Below, one piece after another: positions 1-12,975 of a DNA stretch of 64,000 bases; position 1 is the first letter of the stretch; each line of letters opens with the position of its first letter. The stretch is taken from positions 276,024,001-276,088,000 of the forward strand of contig OZ024743.1 of the NCBI GenBank assembly GCA_964016885.1. The letters run 5' to 3'. The notes beneath the pieces are model-generated. The model saw only the letters and a program-made list of their open reading frames with translations, was not told the origin of the DNA and ran no database searches. The stretch comes from Eledone cirrhosa. Taxonomy: Eukaryota. Made by a program: the position numbers and the translations under genes.

Positions 1-829
1 CATGAAGGAAGGGAAAAAATATTGCTTCCCTTTTGTGATTTAAGAACCTACAAGACAAGAAAGCTCCGACTGAAAAAAGTACAATCAATGAAACAAACTG
101 TGCATTAATTAGGATAGCTGAACTAACTGGTAGGTAGGTGGTGGTGGATGGAATTACAGGAAAGAAAAGGCACAATTGTACTGAATGACCTGGTGGCTTG
201 AAAGTGCAAACAACTGACCCATGCTGATACTGCATAACATAAACCCTTAGTTAATGAGATACATAGATAAAACAGAGGCATTTACTAGCAGAACACAGAA
301 AGGATAAAAAGAAAAATAACCATAAAACTTGTTAATAGGATAAATTACAAAACTGAAATCAATTAAAAAAAAAATGACAGCTTTGGAAGAAACTGGGGAA
401 GGAGAGGAAAGGAGAGAGAAAATGTTACATTCAGCAATCAGAGATGGATTTTTATCAGGTATATTAATACAAAACAACTAACAGGCAACAATAGACAAGG
501 TGATAATGGTGGTAGGGGTTGGAGTTACTTAGTTGTATCATAAATACTTGCTGAAAAAAAGCCGGCTTTTTGGACTTAATTCATAGCAATTGCATAGCTG
601 TCAAAGTATCATTGAATTGTGCAGACAATAACAAGCAGTAGTCAGTGAATTGTTGTAAGCAAAAATTTATTGATGTCCCTTTGAAAAGCAATTCAATGAA
701 ATGTCCTCAGTAACTGAGGAAGACACTTACAGCTCTTTATCTGAGAAGCAATTATTTCATCTATCAGATAAATCAGATGAGCAGACTAAACATTACACAC
801 CCACATATGTGTATATATATGTGTGTGTG

Positions 830-871
<42 letters not shown>

Positions 872-1467
872 AACACACACACAGATATCTATACAAACAC
901 ACAAATATAAATTTATACACATACACACAAATATTTTTATATACACACGCGCGGACACATTTATACACATACACACATATACATTTATTACGCACACACA
1001 CACACATATGCATACACATACACACACACATATATACATACATACATACATTACAGGTGTTTTTAGTCATACAGCAAAGATGCTTGCATATCATACAAAA
1101 AAAAAAAAAAAGATAAGCACACGCAAACACAAAAGTCTCAATGTATTTCACAGCAGACAGTAATAATTTTATTTCAGGAGTTAATAATAACTTACAATCT
1201 GGTGAAATGGAAAAAAAAAAATTCAGAATCATCAGAATATAGTTTGTAGCAGAGAGTAGATTGAGAAGTGGGGTCTCCCAATGGGAAGTAACATACTGTT
1301 TCTAGTAGTTGGGTGAAGTAAAGGAGTGACGTTATAATAGGAAGTTAAGAGGTTGGTAATAGAAAAGGGCATCCAGCTGCAGAAAACCTGCCAAACAAAG
1401 GGTTGAGAGGTCTCTTCAGCTGTGTCAATGATATAATAACGTCCCTAGTGCTGGTGCCATGACAATA

Positions 1468-1746
1468 TACTTGGTAGAACATGGGAGAATGGGAGAGTGT
1501 AAGAAAGTAAGATGTGAAATCCCAGTCCATCTGAGCACTTGGTATAGCACAGAAGAAGGGATATAAGCAAGATGTGGAACCCAAACCCATCTGAGCACTT
1601 GATATAGCACAGTAGAATGGATGTGAGTGAGATGTGGAACCCAAACCCATCTGAGCACTTGGTAGAGCACATGAGAATGAATGTGAGTAAGATGTGGAAC
1701 CTAGCCAGTCTGAGCACTCGGTGGAGCACGGGAGAATGGATGTGAT
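1468..1746. repeat. 60-bp minisatellite (~4.7 units) inside an RTE-tail-related element (approx. 1340-1820)
   Basis: Units GATGTGGAACCCAAACCCATCTGAGCACTTGGTA.AGCAC start at 1511, 1571, 1631 and 1691; the element ends in (GAT)n. Confidence 0.85.
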
Positions 1747-2384
1747 GACCAGTTCAGCCATTGGTAGCAGAAAAAACAGAAGTTAACTGATGATGATGAT
1801 GATGATGATAATGATAATGACTGGATGCTAGATGATAAGCTGCACTCCTAAGTCATTTAACCATTTTGATACCAAACCACCCCTAGTTGGTTCTATGGAA
1901 CAAAAATACTAATTTTAAATGGTTCTTATTTAAATTAAAACCTTCCAGCACAATTTTATATAAGAACCATCTTAATAGTTAATTTTAATAAAGCTCTCCA
2001 GATTCACGAATAAATTCAAATAGAATGTATTTCATTGGAAATGTGATCACAATAGGGTTGATGACCTGAAATTTTTGCCTCGTGCTCCTTACCAGCAATA
2101 AGGTTCATTTTTAATTCATTAGCTTCTGATACCAACCTGACTGAAAACAACCTTGATTCTCTAATGCAAAACTCTTGTGCCTGGAGCCTGCATTTCACTT
2201 CATACATTTTTGCTGACAGTGCATTTTATTGTGGTACCAGCACTATTGAGGTTGCCATGCTTTTGACACAGCTGAAGAGATAGTTATTAGAAATTCAATC
2301 CAGACATATGTTATGGTGGTAAGCCAGTAAATATGTTACAAAGTAGACCATCATAGATATTAGATGTGGAATCTATCAAATGGA

Positions 2385-2707
2385 TCTTCACCAATTTCGA
2401 CAATGAATGTTCCAGTTGTTTGATCAATGGAATGAAATAGCCTTCACAATAGAGTATTTTCTCTGGACACAGTGTGACCAAGTGGCTATGATGTTGCCCT
2501 GAGCTTTGTGGGTGAAACTGAAGGACTGTCAGGTGAACTGTACATGTAATTCAAAGGGCTAACCTTGTCATACAATGCTGAATCTCCCTCAAAATGATAT
2601 TAAGAGCATATGTTTGTGGAATACTCAGCCATATACACATTAATTTAACAAGTAGATTGTTCTATTGGCTGGGCAACTGGAACACTCATCATCAAAACTG
2701 ATGGAGG
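2385..2707. mobile_element. TIR-bounded non-autonomous DNA element (fragments at ~30155-30300 and ~56518-56680)
   Basis: Imperfect inverted ends around TGTTCCAGTTG / CAACTGGAACA; end and interior blocks recur elsewhere in the window. Confidence 0.65.
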
Positions 2708-4557
2708 CTCATTTACTTTTACTATTTTGATATTTAGACTTAAACTACCTCCTGCACAAGCTTGAATATGAATATGAATTTTTTGACTTCATCAGCAGCG
2801 GGTTTCAAATTTGAATTTGGGAGAAAAGTTCCCCACACTCCTACTCTAGAACATACAGTGATGTATCTTTCCCAATGCAACATAACAAAAGTTCTAGTAG
2901 AAACAGAGCCATATTTAGTCAGTAATCCAGCACTTTAACCTCTGAAATATTAATTCTCATCAAAACCAATAAAACTAATTCTTATGTATAAACATCAATA
3001 CTTGATTCAATCAGAAACCTTAGAAACATCTTTTTTTTTTTGTCTTCTCTAAAAATTCTTAAGCTACTTATTACCACCCCACTTCCATAATGTTATTTTG
3101 GTATCCATAGTGATAGTGTCTTATCAAAATATGAATATGAAGGTGAAGGTGAATGGTGAATGAAATTATTTCAAGCTAGAAAATATATAACATTTTTAGC
3201 AAAAGTATTGCAGCAATGTTCACAGAGGCAAGAGATTATTCATTTTTCCATATTAGAAATAAAAAATAAAAAAAAAAAAAATGGTGGAATTTTTTTTTTA
3301 AAACAATCCTCACACTTCTCCACTCCCTCCTCCAACACTGAAAACACTTGCATATTATTGAAGCAAGTGCTTTTACAGCTGGATGCATTTCCAACTGCAA
3401 ATCACTGAGCCGTGAATTAAGGAATGACACCTATTAGGTTCACTGAAGCAAGGAGAATAGTGCGCTGTGCCTGCCCGGAGGACACAATACAATGAATGTC
3501 GCAAGAATTAATGCTGGGAGTGTATAGAGAGCAGTTCCAGCTACACTGCATCTCTAGAAATCTTAATGAAAATGGAATATTTATAACCAGATACTATAGT
3601 GATATATAGATGGCTACTGCGACAGTATCCAATAGTATTATTTCACGAATATAAAAAAAGCTTTCTTCTTTTTATTTTTCCATCTGTAAATTTGTAAAAG
3701 CAATAAATAGCTTCAACATATTCCCACAGCTTAATACTAATTTGTTGGGTCTGCCACCAGCTAAGAAAAACCCGAGGCAAACAGAGTTGTCTGCTTTTCC
3801 CAAGAGCACAAGATAATGGTGGTGGTGGTGGTGGTGGTAGTAATGGTAGTAGTAGTAGTAGTGGTAGTGGTAGCAGTTGTAGCACCTATGACCATGGGGT
3901 CACTAATTCAGCACCAAACATCTTACAACAATTTAACCTTTTATTATTTTTAAATTATACATCACAATAATCCATGAATCATCATCCCCACCATAACCAT
4001 AACCATCATCATCTACTTTTCCAATGCTGGCATAGTTTGTTTGGAAGAAACTTTTTGAAGCAATGTTTGACAGTTAGATGCCCTTGCTGATGCTCACCCT
4101 TTTAGCTGCCTATAAAAACTCACAGACACACACACACTATTATCATCATCACCATTATCATTTAACATCCATTTTTCTAGTTAGCCTTAATATCAAAATA
4201 CCATTCCCTTGCATCTCTCAGGTGCCTTTGTACATTTTTGTTTCTGTTTCCAGTAGTACTTTTTCTGATTCCCAACTATTATTTATTGCATGAGGACAAC
4301 TATATTTCAAATTTCAAATTTTTATAATTCTTCTTAAGTTAACCAATTGTTTACATTTCAAGGTACAGCCTTAAAATCTTCTAAAAATATGGAACTACTG
4401 GCCAATGTATGTTAATTGTAATGGTTAAAAAACTTGCCCAGCATCAGAGATATGCTAGGTTTGATTCCTCACAAGCATGTTTGCCCACTTTGTCCTTTCT
4501 TTCAACTATTTTTATGGCCATTTGCTTTAGGTCAACTACATTTCACTATATACACAT

Positions 4558-4900
4558 GGAGGCACATGGCTTAGTGGTTAGAGCATTGGCCTTGCAATCG
4601 AAAGGTTGTGAGTTCAATTCTCAGACCGGGTGATGTGTTGTTTCCTTGAGCAAGACACTTTATTTCACATTGCTCCAGTTTACTCAGCTGTAGAAATGAG
4701 ATGATATGGACTTGAGTCCCTATCATTCCACTGCAAAGTGGTCGTGGAGGTGCCACGGCAAAAAAGCACCCAGCACTCACTGTAAATGAGGTTGGTGTTA
4801 GGAAGGGCATCCAGCTGTAGAAATCAAGCCAGAATCAGTTCCCGTCCCACCCTTGCAAGCAGGGAAAAGTGGACGTAAAATGAAATGATGATGATGATGA
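4558..4900 (+). mobile_element. tRNA-derived SINE with RTE-LINE tail (family A)
   Basis: A box TGGCTTAGTGG, B box GTTCAATTC, TGC at the anticodon position, central GTTTCCTTGAGCAAGACAC block, tail matching the LINE 3' UTR at 17740-17890, ends (GAT)n. Confidence 0.9.
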
Positions 4901-4939
4901 CACATATATATAACGAAGGAAGTGTGGTAATGCATCAGA

Positions 4940-5082
4940 GTACTCAATACTTAGGGTAGTAGAGTGGGTAATAGGAAAATGTTTAACCCCGACGGCAGAG
5001 CTCAAGCCGTTTCGACGGCTATTTCTGGACAGAAATAGCCATCGAAACAGCTTGAGCTCTGCCGCCGGAGTTAAACATTTCC
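4940..5082 (-). other. Fold-back element: ~53-bp-arm palindrome (4974-5082) plus conserved tail
   Basis: Near-perfect inverted repeat centred on 5028-5029; tail GTACTCAATA...AGTAGAGT shared with 28406-28427. Confidence 0.85.
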
Positions 5083-6362
5083 CCCCCTCTCCCTCTATAT
5101 ATATATATATTTGGACAACAACAACCACCCATAGTTTGTGGTCCCTATGGTGGATGGTCCACCGGATCCTCTACTGGTTAGGAGTCATCAAAACCACGTT
5201 TTATTGAACCTGAGGACCCCCCCCCCCCCGAGCGGCCCACGCAGAAAAAACAATTATCCCAAGGTACTAACCCTATACACATGAATGAGTGGTGCCTGCA
5301 ACCGTGCATTGTGTGTGTATACTGGGACTGCGTGAATGTACACACTCATGTGAACGCAACGCAATACTAATACCCCAGGTTGGATTGATAAATGTTCGAG
5401 TGTATGCTTAAGAGTATATTTGTATATGCTCTCTTGTATGAGTGCACATGTGTATATAGACATACACGCGCATCCAGAAGTATAAAAGTGTGGGTGGGTA
5501 TATATGTCTGTACTAAGGGATTCGCCTAAGCTCCAAAGCCCCCAGGCTATTGCTGTGAAGATATATATCACACTCTACCTTTGTCTAGTCTAAACAATAA
5601 CTTTTCCAAACACGCACTTAACTTTGCTTTAAAAATAACACCCAGCTAGTTTTATGTCTGCCTTATACTTGGATTTGGGGGCCTCTGTTGTATATATATA
5701 TGCACTTGTGCGTACATATATATATATATATACACATCTGTATGGATTTGTGTGTATACACATATATATATATATATATACACACACCTGTATGGATTTG
5801 TGTGTGTCTGAGCGGGTAGGTGTGAGTGTATGTACAAGTCAACCAACATAAGTCTTTTTATTTCTAAATTTTCTAAACTATCTAAGTATTTGACTCTAAC
5901 CATTATTTTAAGTATTACTACACCACATTAATTCCTCAATTTGTATATGTGGAGGTGGGTGTGAGTGTATGTGCAAGCCAACCTACATAAGTCTTTTTAT
6001 TTGTAAATTTTCTACTCTAACCATAATTTTCAGTAGCACCACTCCACATAAATTCCTCAATTTAAAAATGACCTGTAGTATCTATTTCATACTATTAACC
6101 TTAATTGAATATATATCTGACCAGGAATGCTTTTTCTGAAAATCAGTCATATGGAACTATTGTCATCTTGCCTGATGGTTTGAACTTTACAACACCACCT
6201 GCCTCTTTGAGGTCAAATACCAACCCTACTAGCATCTACAAACTGACCAATGAGACTATTCCTGCTGACAACATTAAATTATTCCTAACAAGCTCATATG
6301 CCCCAAGGCTCTGATACCATCAACACTATAAACACAGAGCTGGCATATCTAAGAACTGACTA

Positions 6363-6418
6363 ACTGCTTGATGAGGTCATAGCCATTCAATGGCTATCAT
6401 CCAAATATATATAGCAGT
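6363..6418 (+). ncRNA. Degenerate type I minimal hammerhead ribozyme
   Basis: ACTGC-TTGATGA-GGT(C)ATAGCCA-TTCAA-TGGCTAT(C)ATC-CAAA-TATATATA-GCAGT: stems I and II and a palindromic stem III present; two core substitutions (C3U, G12C); AATAAA follows. Confidence 0.6.
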
Positions 6419-6482
6419 AAATAAAGGATTATGAGTTCATGCAATTGACTTATGTTTCGTCACTATACACACACACACTGAA

Positions 6483-6690
6483 GGCATGTGGCTGAGTGGT
6501 TAGAGAATTGGATTTGCAATCGTGAGGTTGTGAGTTCGATTCCCGGACTGGGCGATGTGTTGTGTCCTTGGGCAAGACACTTCATTTCATGTTGCTCCTT
6601 CTACCTGGAGTTGCGACCGATAGATAGTATTAGCAATTGGAAAGACCAATGGAAACATTGTTTCCCCGGTCCGATTTGACGAATGTTGAT
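6483..6690 (+). mobile_element. SINE with family A-like tRNA head but a different 3' part
   Basis: TGGCTGAGTGGTTAGAG, GTTCGATTCC, GTGTCCTTGGGCAAGACAC; the 3' part (GGAAAGACCAATGGAAA) recurs without a head at ~58500-58595. Confidence 0.75.
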
Positions 6691-6862
6691 CGTTCTTTTT
6701 ATATATATACTGAAATGGCAAAAACAGTTCTGTATGAGAAATAACTAGTTGCCTGACCTGACTTGTCTCATTTCATGACAGCCCATCTCACCTATGCTAG
6801 CATAGAAGATAGATGCTAAACAATGATTATATATATATATTTATTTATAAACATATACAAAC

Positions 6863-6915
<53 letters not shown>

Positions 6916-7193
6916 TCCAAAAATTTTTTGAAATGTGTAAAATGATGAAAAGTGGTGTAAATTGTATAAAAATGAGCTGCTCCACCATATCTTGATTATC
7001 AATATTCTATTCCTCTCACACAATTATGAGAAATAGAATCAATTCTTTACAAAACTATAATGCTAGTAGGATTGGTGATTGGCACTGTTGACTCACAGAC
7101 CCCCCCCCCCCATGAATATTACATAATCAGAGGAGGAAAACCAGCATGCAACCATTTTCAGGGCTTCCAAAACTGATGGGAAGAAGGAAGTTC

Positions 7194-7395
7194 TTAACCC
7201 TTTAGCATTTAAACCGGCTGTATCCAGCCAAAATTCTCTCACCTCTTTCTGTTCAAACCAACCATAATTGTTATCAAAATAAATAATATCAAAATTGCAT
7301 AAATTCGATATTATGGGAGAGAATTATGTAAGATAAAGCCTTTACCGTGAAAATATAAGAGTAAATATAGAGTAATGTAAATGCTAAAGGGTTAA
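7194..7395. mobile_element. piggyBac-type MITE (TTAA-CCC...GGG-TTAA)
   Basis: TIR CCCTTTAGCATTTA / TAAATGCTAAAGGG flanked by TTAA on both sides. Confidence 0.85.
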
Positions 7396-8512
7396 ATCAT
7401 AGACCAAAGAGAGACCTAGTCTGAATGCTTATAACAAAGGCACCCAAATTGCTGACCTTGTGTCTAAAATAGAAGATATTACTACTACCAAGCCAGATCA
7501 GATGACCGTGTCTTGCTGATACAGAACTAATTTTGGCTTGGTTTCTATGGCTGAATACCCTTCCTAATGCTAACCACATTTACAGTGTGGGCTGGGTACT
7601 TTTTGTCATGATATCTATATGATTACTGTACAGTGTTGATTGGGTGCTTTTTGTTGCGTCACCAACACGAGCACTTTACAAGGTGGACTGGCCGCTTCTT
7701 TTAATATCATCAGATTATTAATTATATTCAATAACATTATATCAGTATTTGTAACAATGTGAGTGTTTTACTGGCGGGATGGAGGGAGATATCCTCAAAG
7801 AAGAGGTCTGGTTAAAATGCTTGCAACAGAGTGAAATTTTCTAAAGGGTACATATGGGCCATATGGTAGCGTTAAATGGGACAGCAGATTTAGCCTACCA
7901 CTTGAATAGGCCATGATAGGATTTGATATCAGAGTACAAAGATCAAGAGAAAAATAATTCAATGCATCCATTGTCCTGAATTGGGACTTTATTTTATAAT
8001 CCCCCAAAAGGATGAAAAGCAAAGTTGACCGTAGCAGGATTTGAATTCAGAATATAAAAGAACCAACTAGAACAAATGCTACAGGACATTTTAACCTTAA
8101 TCTACACTCTTAATGATTCTGCCATCTCACTGCCTGTTACTGTAAACATCATTTACTCCAGAATTTTATGAATATTCAAGTAGGCAAGGTTGAATAACAC
8201 TAACCAGTAAAGTTTAATCGAAGTGTCAGCAATATGGTGTTTGTGATATATAGGAGAATTAATTTCAATTTATCAACAACAAAATCTTTACATACTTCTT
8301 AACTGCTTGATAGAGAAATTTATATTTTTCAGGTTACTTGATTTTCCATATGAACAGAACCGATGATGTTATGTTATGTTAAGTTGCTATGTGCAAAAGC
8401 ACACTGCTGTGCGTTCATTCATTCCATTATATATTTATCTAACGTCAGCAGCGTTTACGAGAACTGACATAAAAAGTCATATAGAAAAATTGAGGTTAAA
8501 CTGATGCACTAC

Positions 8513-8547
<35 letters not shown>

Positions 8548-9323
8548 GTGTGTGTGTGTAAAGAGAGAAGATTCTAATACTGTATAAACAGCTCCCTGGA
8601 ATTAATGACAAGCAAGGTTATATCATATAAACACTACACAAACATAATCTTACATGGGAATATATCTGGTAAAAAGTAAACTGCCCAGGTGATCATTACT
8701 CTATCAAAACAGACTTTGAAAATAAAATAAAATATAAAGAAAAGAAAAGGAATGGGGAAATATCTTCACAAAACCAGCCAACTTTACTGAGAAACAAAAA
8801 CAATATATTAAATATTTTTTTAGATGGAAGGAATATAGATCTACTTGATAAAGAAAAAAAATAATCAGATTTCTTTGAAAATCTAATAAGATAATTAATG
8901 CAGCTTTTTATTCCAGCACAGAAAAAAAGTAAATGCTTACACTCACTCACACCCTCTCTCTCTCTCACACATAATTTAACATCCATTTTAAATGCTAGCA
9001 ATGTGGACAGGTCACCACAGACCAAGTCAGTACTATATGCTTGCATGAATTAGATGAGGTGTCTTGTTGTGAGACATGTTAGATCAGATGACCATGTCTT
9101 GCTAATACATAACTGATTCTGGCTTAGTTTCTATGGCTGGATGTCCTTCTTAACACCAACCACATTTACAGACATTTTGTCATGTCACAAAAAAGACCAC
9201 TCCACAGTGTGGACCAGGCACTCTTTTGCCATGGTACCAACATAACCACCTTACAGGGTAGACCATTTCAGCAGCATTGTGGAAGAGCATGTTTAACTTT
9301 CCATGCTTGTTAACATTGGTTAG

Positions 9324-9361
<38 letters not shown>

Positions 9362-9379
9362 AATGAAAATATATATATA

Positions 9380-12300
9380 TCATCATCATCATCGTTTAAC
9401 GTCCATCTTCCACGCTTGCATGGGTTTGGACGGGAGTTTTCCCACTTGAGGCAAGAGTGGTTGTCTTGCTCGCATAGGACTGTCTGGCGGGTTTTCTACG
9501 GCTGGATGCCCTTCCTAACACCAACCACGTTTACAGTGTGGACTCAGAGGTTTTTACCGTGTTACCTACACGGCCACATTACAGCGTGGACTGTATGTTT
9601 TTTTTGTCGTGACACCTACACGACCTCATTTGTTTCGGACTGGATGTTGTGGTACCAACATAACTTTACATTGAAAAGGGTGGTGTGGATGGGGTGGGGG
9701 TTGTGGGACTGGGGTGTATTTTTGATAGAGGTGCCTACTGACTGTAGTAGGTTTCACTTTGTACTTAGGCAAGGAGGGTCTTCTGTATTACTGTGTAGCG
9801 CCAAAGATCTCGGTCCAGTGACATTGTCTTGGGGAGGTGTAAGTGTGTGAGGTCGGAATTTATCAAGTCGTCCCAGGTTTTTCTGGGTCTGCCTACTCCG
9901 TGGCTACCGTCTATTTTTATTGCCCTGCACTTTTTTATACAGCTGTCGTCTTTCATGCGCATCACGTGACCATACCAACGTAGCCTTCTCTCGAGTAAAC
10001 AACATCTGATCCCTCTTATTTCTAATTTTTCCCTTAGTTCGTTTATGCTTTGCCGTTCACGTATATTACTATTACACATCCAGCGGAGCATGCAAGCTTA
10101 GTTCCTCTCCAGTCTGCGTATATCCTCTGCACACAATGCCCAGGTCTCACTGCCATGTAACATTGCTGTTCGTATGCAGGCATCATACAGCCTACCTTTC
10201 ATTTTTAGAGAGAACCCTTTAGTGGCTAATAGTGGTATAAGGTCTCTGAACTTTTTCCATCCAGTTCTGACTCTAGCTACTGTACTTTCAGAGCACCCTC
10301 CCCCACTGCTGATTTTGTCACCCAGGTAACGGAAGCTGTCCACTATTTCTATAGAACCCTCTGCGCAATTGAAAGAGCTAGTATTTTGTGGGCACTTGCT
10401 GCTACTTATTGCACCAGAGCACTGGCTACATATAAAATCTATATTCTTAGTTAGCTTACCTGTGATCCCACTACATCTTTTATACACCCATACTTTGCAT
10501 TTGGGACATAAAATGGAGTTGCTGCCTACTCCATTCCTACACACTGAGCATGGCCATTTCCTGGATGGGACCGGTGCCCTAATTTCCTTCCTACAAACTA
10601 GAACTTTAGTCTTAGACAGGTTAATTTTAAGGCCTTTTGATTCTAGGCCGTGCTTCCATGTTTGGAATTTCTTCTCTAGTTTAGCCATTGATTCAACTAT
10701 GAGCGATAGATTATCTGCGTATAGGAGTTCCCATGGGCAGCCGGTCTTGAACTCCTCTGTTATAGCCTGAAGGGCAATAATAAATAGTAGGGGGCTAAGA
10801 ACGGAGCCCTGATGAACACCAACTTTTACGCTAAACTCTTCACTATATTCGTTGTTAATTCTAACCTTGCTGACTGTTTCTTTATACATGGCTTGTATAG
10901 CTCTCACAAGCCATTCATCAACACCTAGTTTTCTAAGAGCCAACCAGATAATGGAAGAGGGGACTCTGTCAAAAGCTTTCTCCAAGTCGACAAAAGCTAA
11001 GTATAGGGGTTTACTTTTAGCTAGGTACTTCTCCTGTAGTTGTCGTACAATGAAAAGAGCGTCTGTGGTACTTTTACCTGACACAAACCCGAACTGCATT
11101 TCATCTAGATCAATTCGCTTAGTTGTGCTATTACTTTTTCTGTGACCTTTATGACCTGGTCGATTAATTTAATGCCTCTATACTTACCCCTATCTAGGGC
11201 ATCTCCTTTACCCTTGTAGCAGTTAATGATTATGCTGCTACGCAAGTCCTTCGGAACAACCCCATTCTGTGTCACTTGGTTTACTATCCGAGTGACCATA
11301 GTGTGTCCCACTGTTCCAGAAGCTTTCAGCATTTCAGCAACTATTTCCGAAGGCCCAGCCGCCTTACCCGTCTTCATATCTTTGATTGCCTTACTTATTA
11401 TACTACCTTCGACTAACACTGCTGGTCCCTCTATTGGGTCGATGTGGGGGAGACTGTCTTTCTCCCATTTATTCTCCTCATTTAGTAGTCTTTCGTAGTG
11501 ACACTTCCAAGCTACCTTCTTATCAGCGTCAGTGATGGCAAGTACACCATCATCATTAAGGACACACTTCTCCCCGACAATATCACGGTTTTCCTTGACA
11601 CATTGCCTAGCAATCCTGAACACCTCACATTTTTGGTCCTCGCGTTGTAGAACATGCTTGAACTTTCTTTCCTCTGCTTCCCTTCTTGCGAAGTATACTT
11701 GTCTCCTAGCTTCCCTCCTGACCACTTGATAGTCTTCTCTACTTCCCCCATCCCGCCATACTTTCCAAGCCATGCTTTTTGGCCTTAATTGACTCCTCCA
11801 CCATACTGTTCCACCACCACGTTACTCTCCTCCTGCCTATAGGCCTGCTCCAGCCACAGACTTCATCTGCCGCCATCAGCAGGTTTGCTTTCAGGAATTC
11901 CCACTGTTCCTCTATATTGTACGACTCTAATTGTTCTTCCTTACTGTTGAAAGCATTAAGTAATATGCTTTTAAATTTATTATTGGCTGTGGAGTCCTTT
12001 AGGATAATCCTCTTCTGTTGTTGAGTGCGTCTCGTCCTGACAATGAGGTCGCTAATTATGAGTCTATGTTGAGAGGTGCATTCTTCATGGGGGAGGGATT
12101 TAGTGTTTACAACAGACACTGTCACGTCTTCTGGTAAGGATATAATCTACCTGGCTGGTGTGTTCCTCTGATCTGCAGGTGATCAAGTGATTGTCTCGTT
12201 TTTTTAAGTTAGTGTTACAGAAAGTTAGGTTATTTACATCACAGAATTCCAGGATTCTAGAGCCTTCCTCATTTCTAGTACCAAACCCATAGCCTCCATT

Positions 12301-12953
12301 GATTCCGTCATAGCCGTACAATGTTGTCCAACGTGACCATTTAGGTCGCCAGCAATAATTATATAGTCACTGTCGGTTATTTGGGAGGTAGTGAGCATCA
12401 GTGTCTCATAGAATCTGTCTTTTATAGCACCAGGCATCCGGATTGAGGTGCGTACGCAGATATTACTGTCACAGTAGTTCTATTTAGAACAAGTCTTATT
12501 TTAATTATTCTGTCGTTCACTCTATTTACGTCTATTATCTTATCCACCCATTTTTCTGCTAACATGATTCCTACCCCACCCAGCCCATTGTCATTTCCCA
12601 CCCAGAAAAGCTTATAGCATCGTTTTTTACCCACAATGAATCTAGCAGACCCGCCCCTCCACCTGGTCTCTTGGATACAGCAAACATCAACCTCCTTACG
12701 ATGAAGCATTTCTACAACCTCGTTAGAGCGGCCTTTTAAGGTGCCTACATTCATGGTACCAACTCTGAAGTTTTGGATTGCGTTTGGTGGGTGGGAACGG
12801 TGGGGCGCGGGGGATGTGGTTGGGGTTATGTTGGCCATCCGCGGCCGAAACATAGAGGAGGAGTCCTTGCCTTTTCATCCGGCAGCATGAAGTGAATTTG
12901 TCGTTATCTTTGGCATTGACACTGAGTGTCCAGATTTTTCAGACTCTCCAGAA
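9380..12953 (-). mobile_element. Near-full-length RTE-clade non-LTR retrotransposon (APE endonuclease + RT with PHD-like finger), inactivated
   Basis: Consecutive minus ORF pieces from 12853 to 9765 give APE motifs (GTMNVGTL, CIQETRW, SAYAPQ, GDLNGHVG, SQVDYIL, SQHRLI), RT motifs (KGKGD, QFGF, AFVDLEKAFDRV, GVHQGSVLSP, LLYADN, FRYLG) and the RTE C-terminus (RLRWYGHVMRM, GRPRKTW). The 3' end is a (GAT)n tail at ~9380 and the element sits in a (TA)n tract. Confidence 0.95.
9765..12853 (-). pseudogene. Disrupted RTE ORF (endonuclease-reverse transcriptase)
   Basis: Frame changes near 12430, 12320, 12120, 11760 and 11105; in-frame stop at 10098-10100 where the plus copy has Glu; catalytic YADD reads YADN; PHD His reads Tyr. 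Confidence 0.9.
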
Positions 12954-12975
12954 TTATATATATATATATATATCC

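Noticed and set aside
701-1232. ORFs rich in YI, HT and CV repeats (also 15081, 27700, 31374, 48147, 48694)
   Set aside because: Translations of TA/CA microsatellites; no domain content.
1345-1761. Repeat-containing protein ORFs
   Set aside because: Produced by the 60-bp minisatellite inside a retroposon tail; open in all three minus frames.
4558-4632. tRNA-Ala(TGC) gene
   Set aside because: Acceptor and anticodon stems do not pair, there is no oligo-T terminator, and it continues into SINE body and tail. The same applies to the other tRNA-like heads.
8360-8470. C/D-box snoRNA or SECIS (GATGATG ... CTGA)
   Set aside because: C box is imperfect, there is no terminal stem and no recognisable guide or SECIS geometry.
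10369-11729. Antisense ORFs overlapping the LINEs (also 16452..17567 and those opposite the Penelope ORF)
   Set aside because: Shadow frames of the retroelement coding strand.
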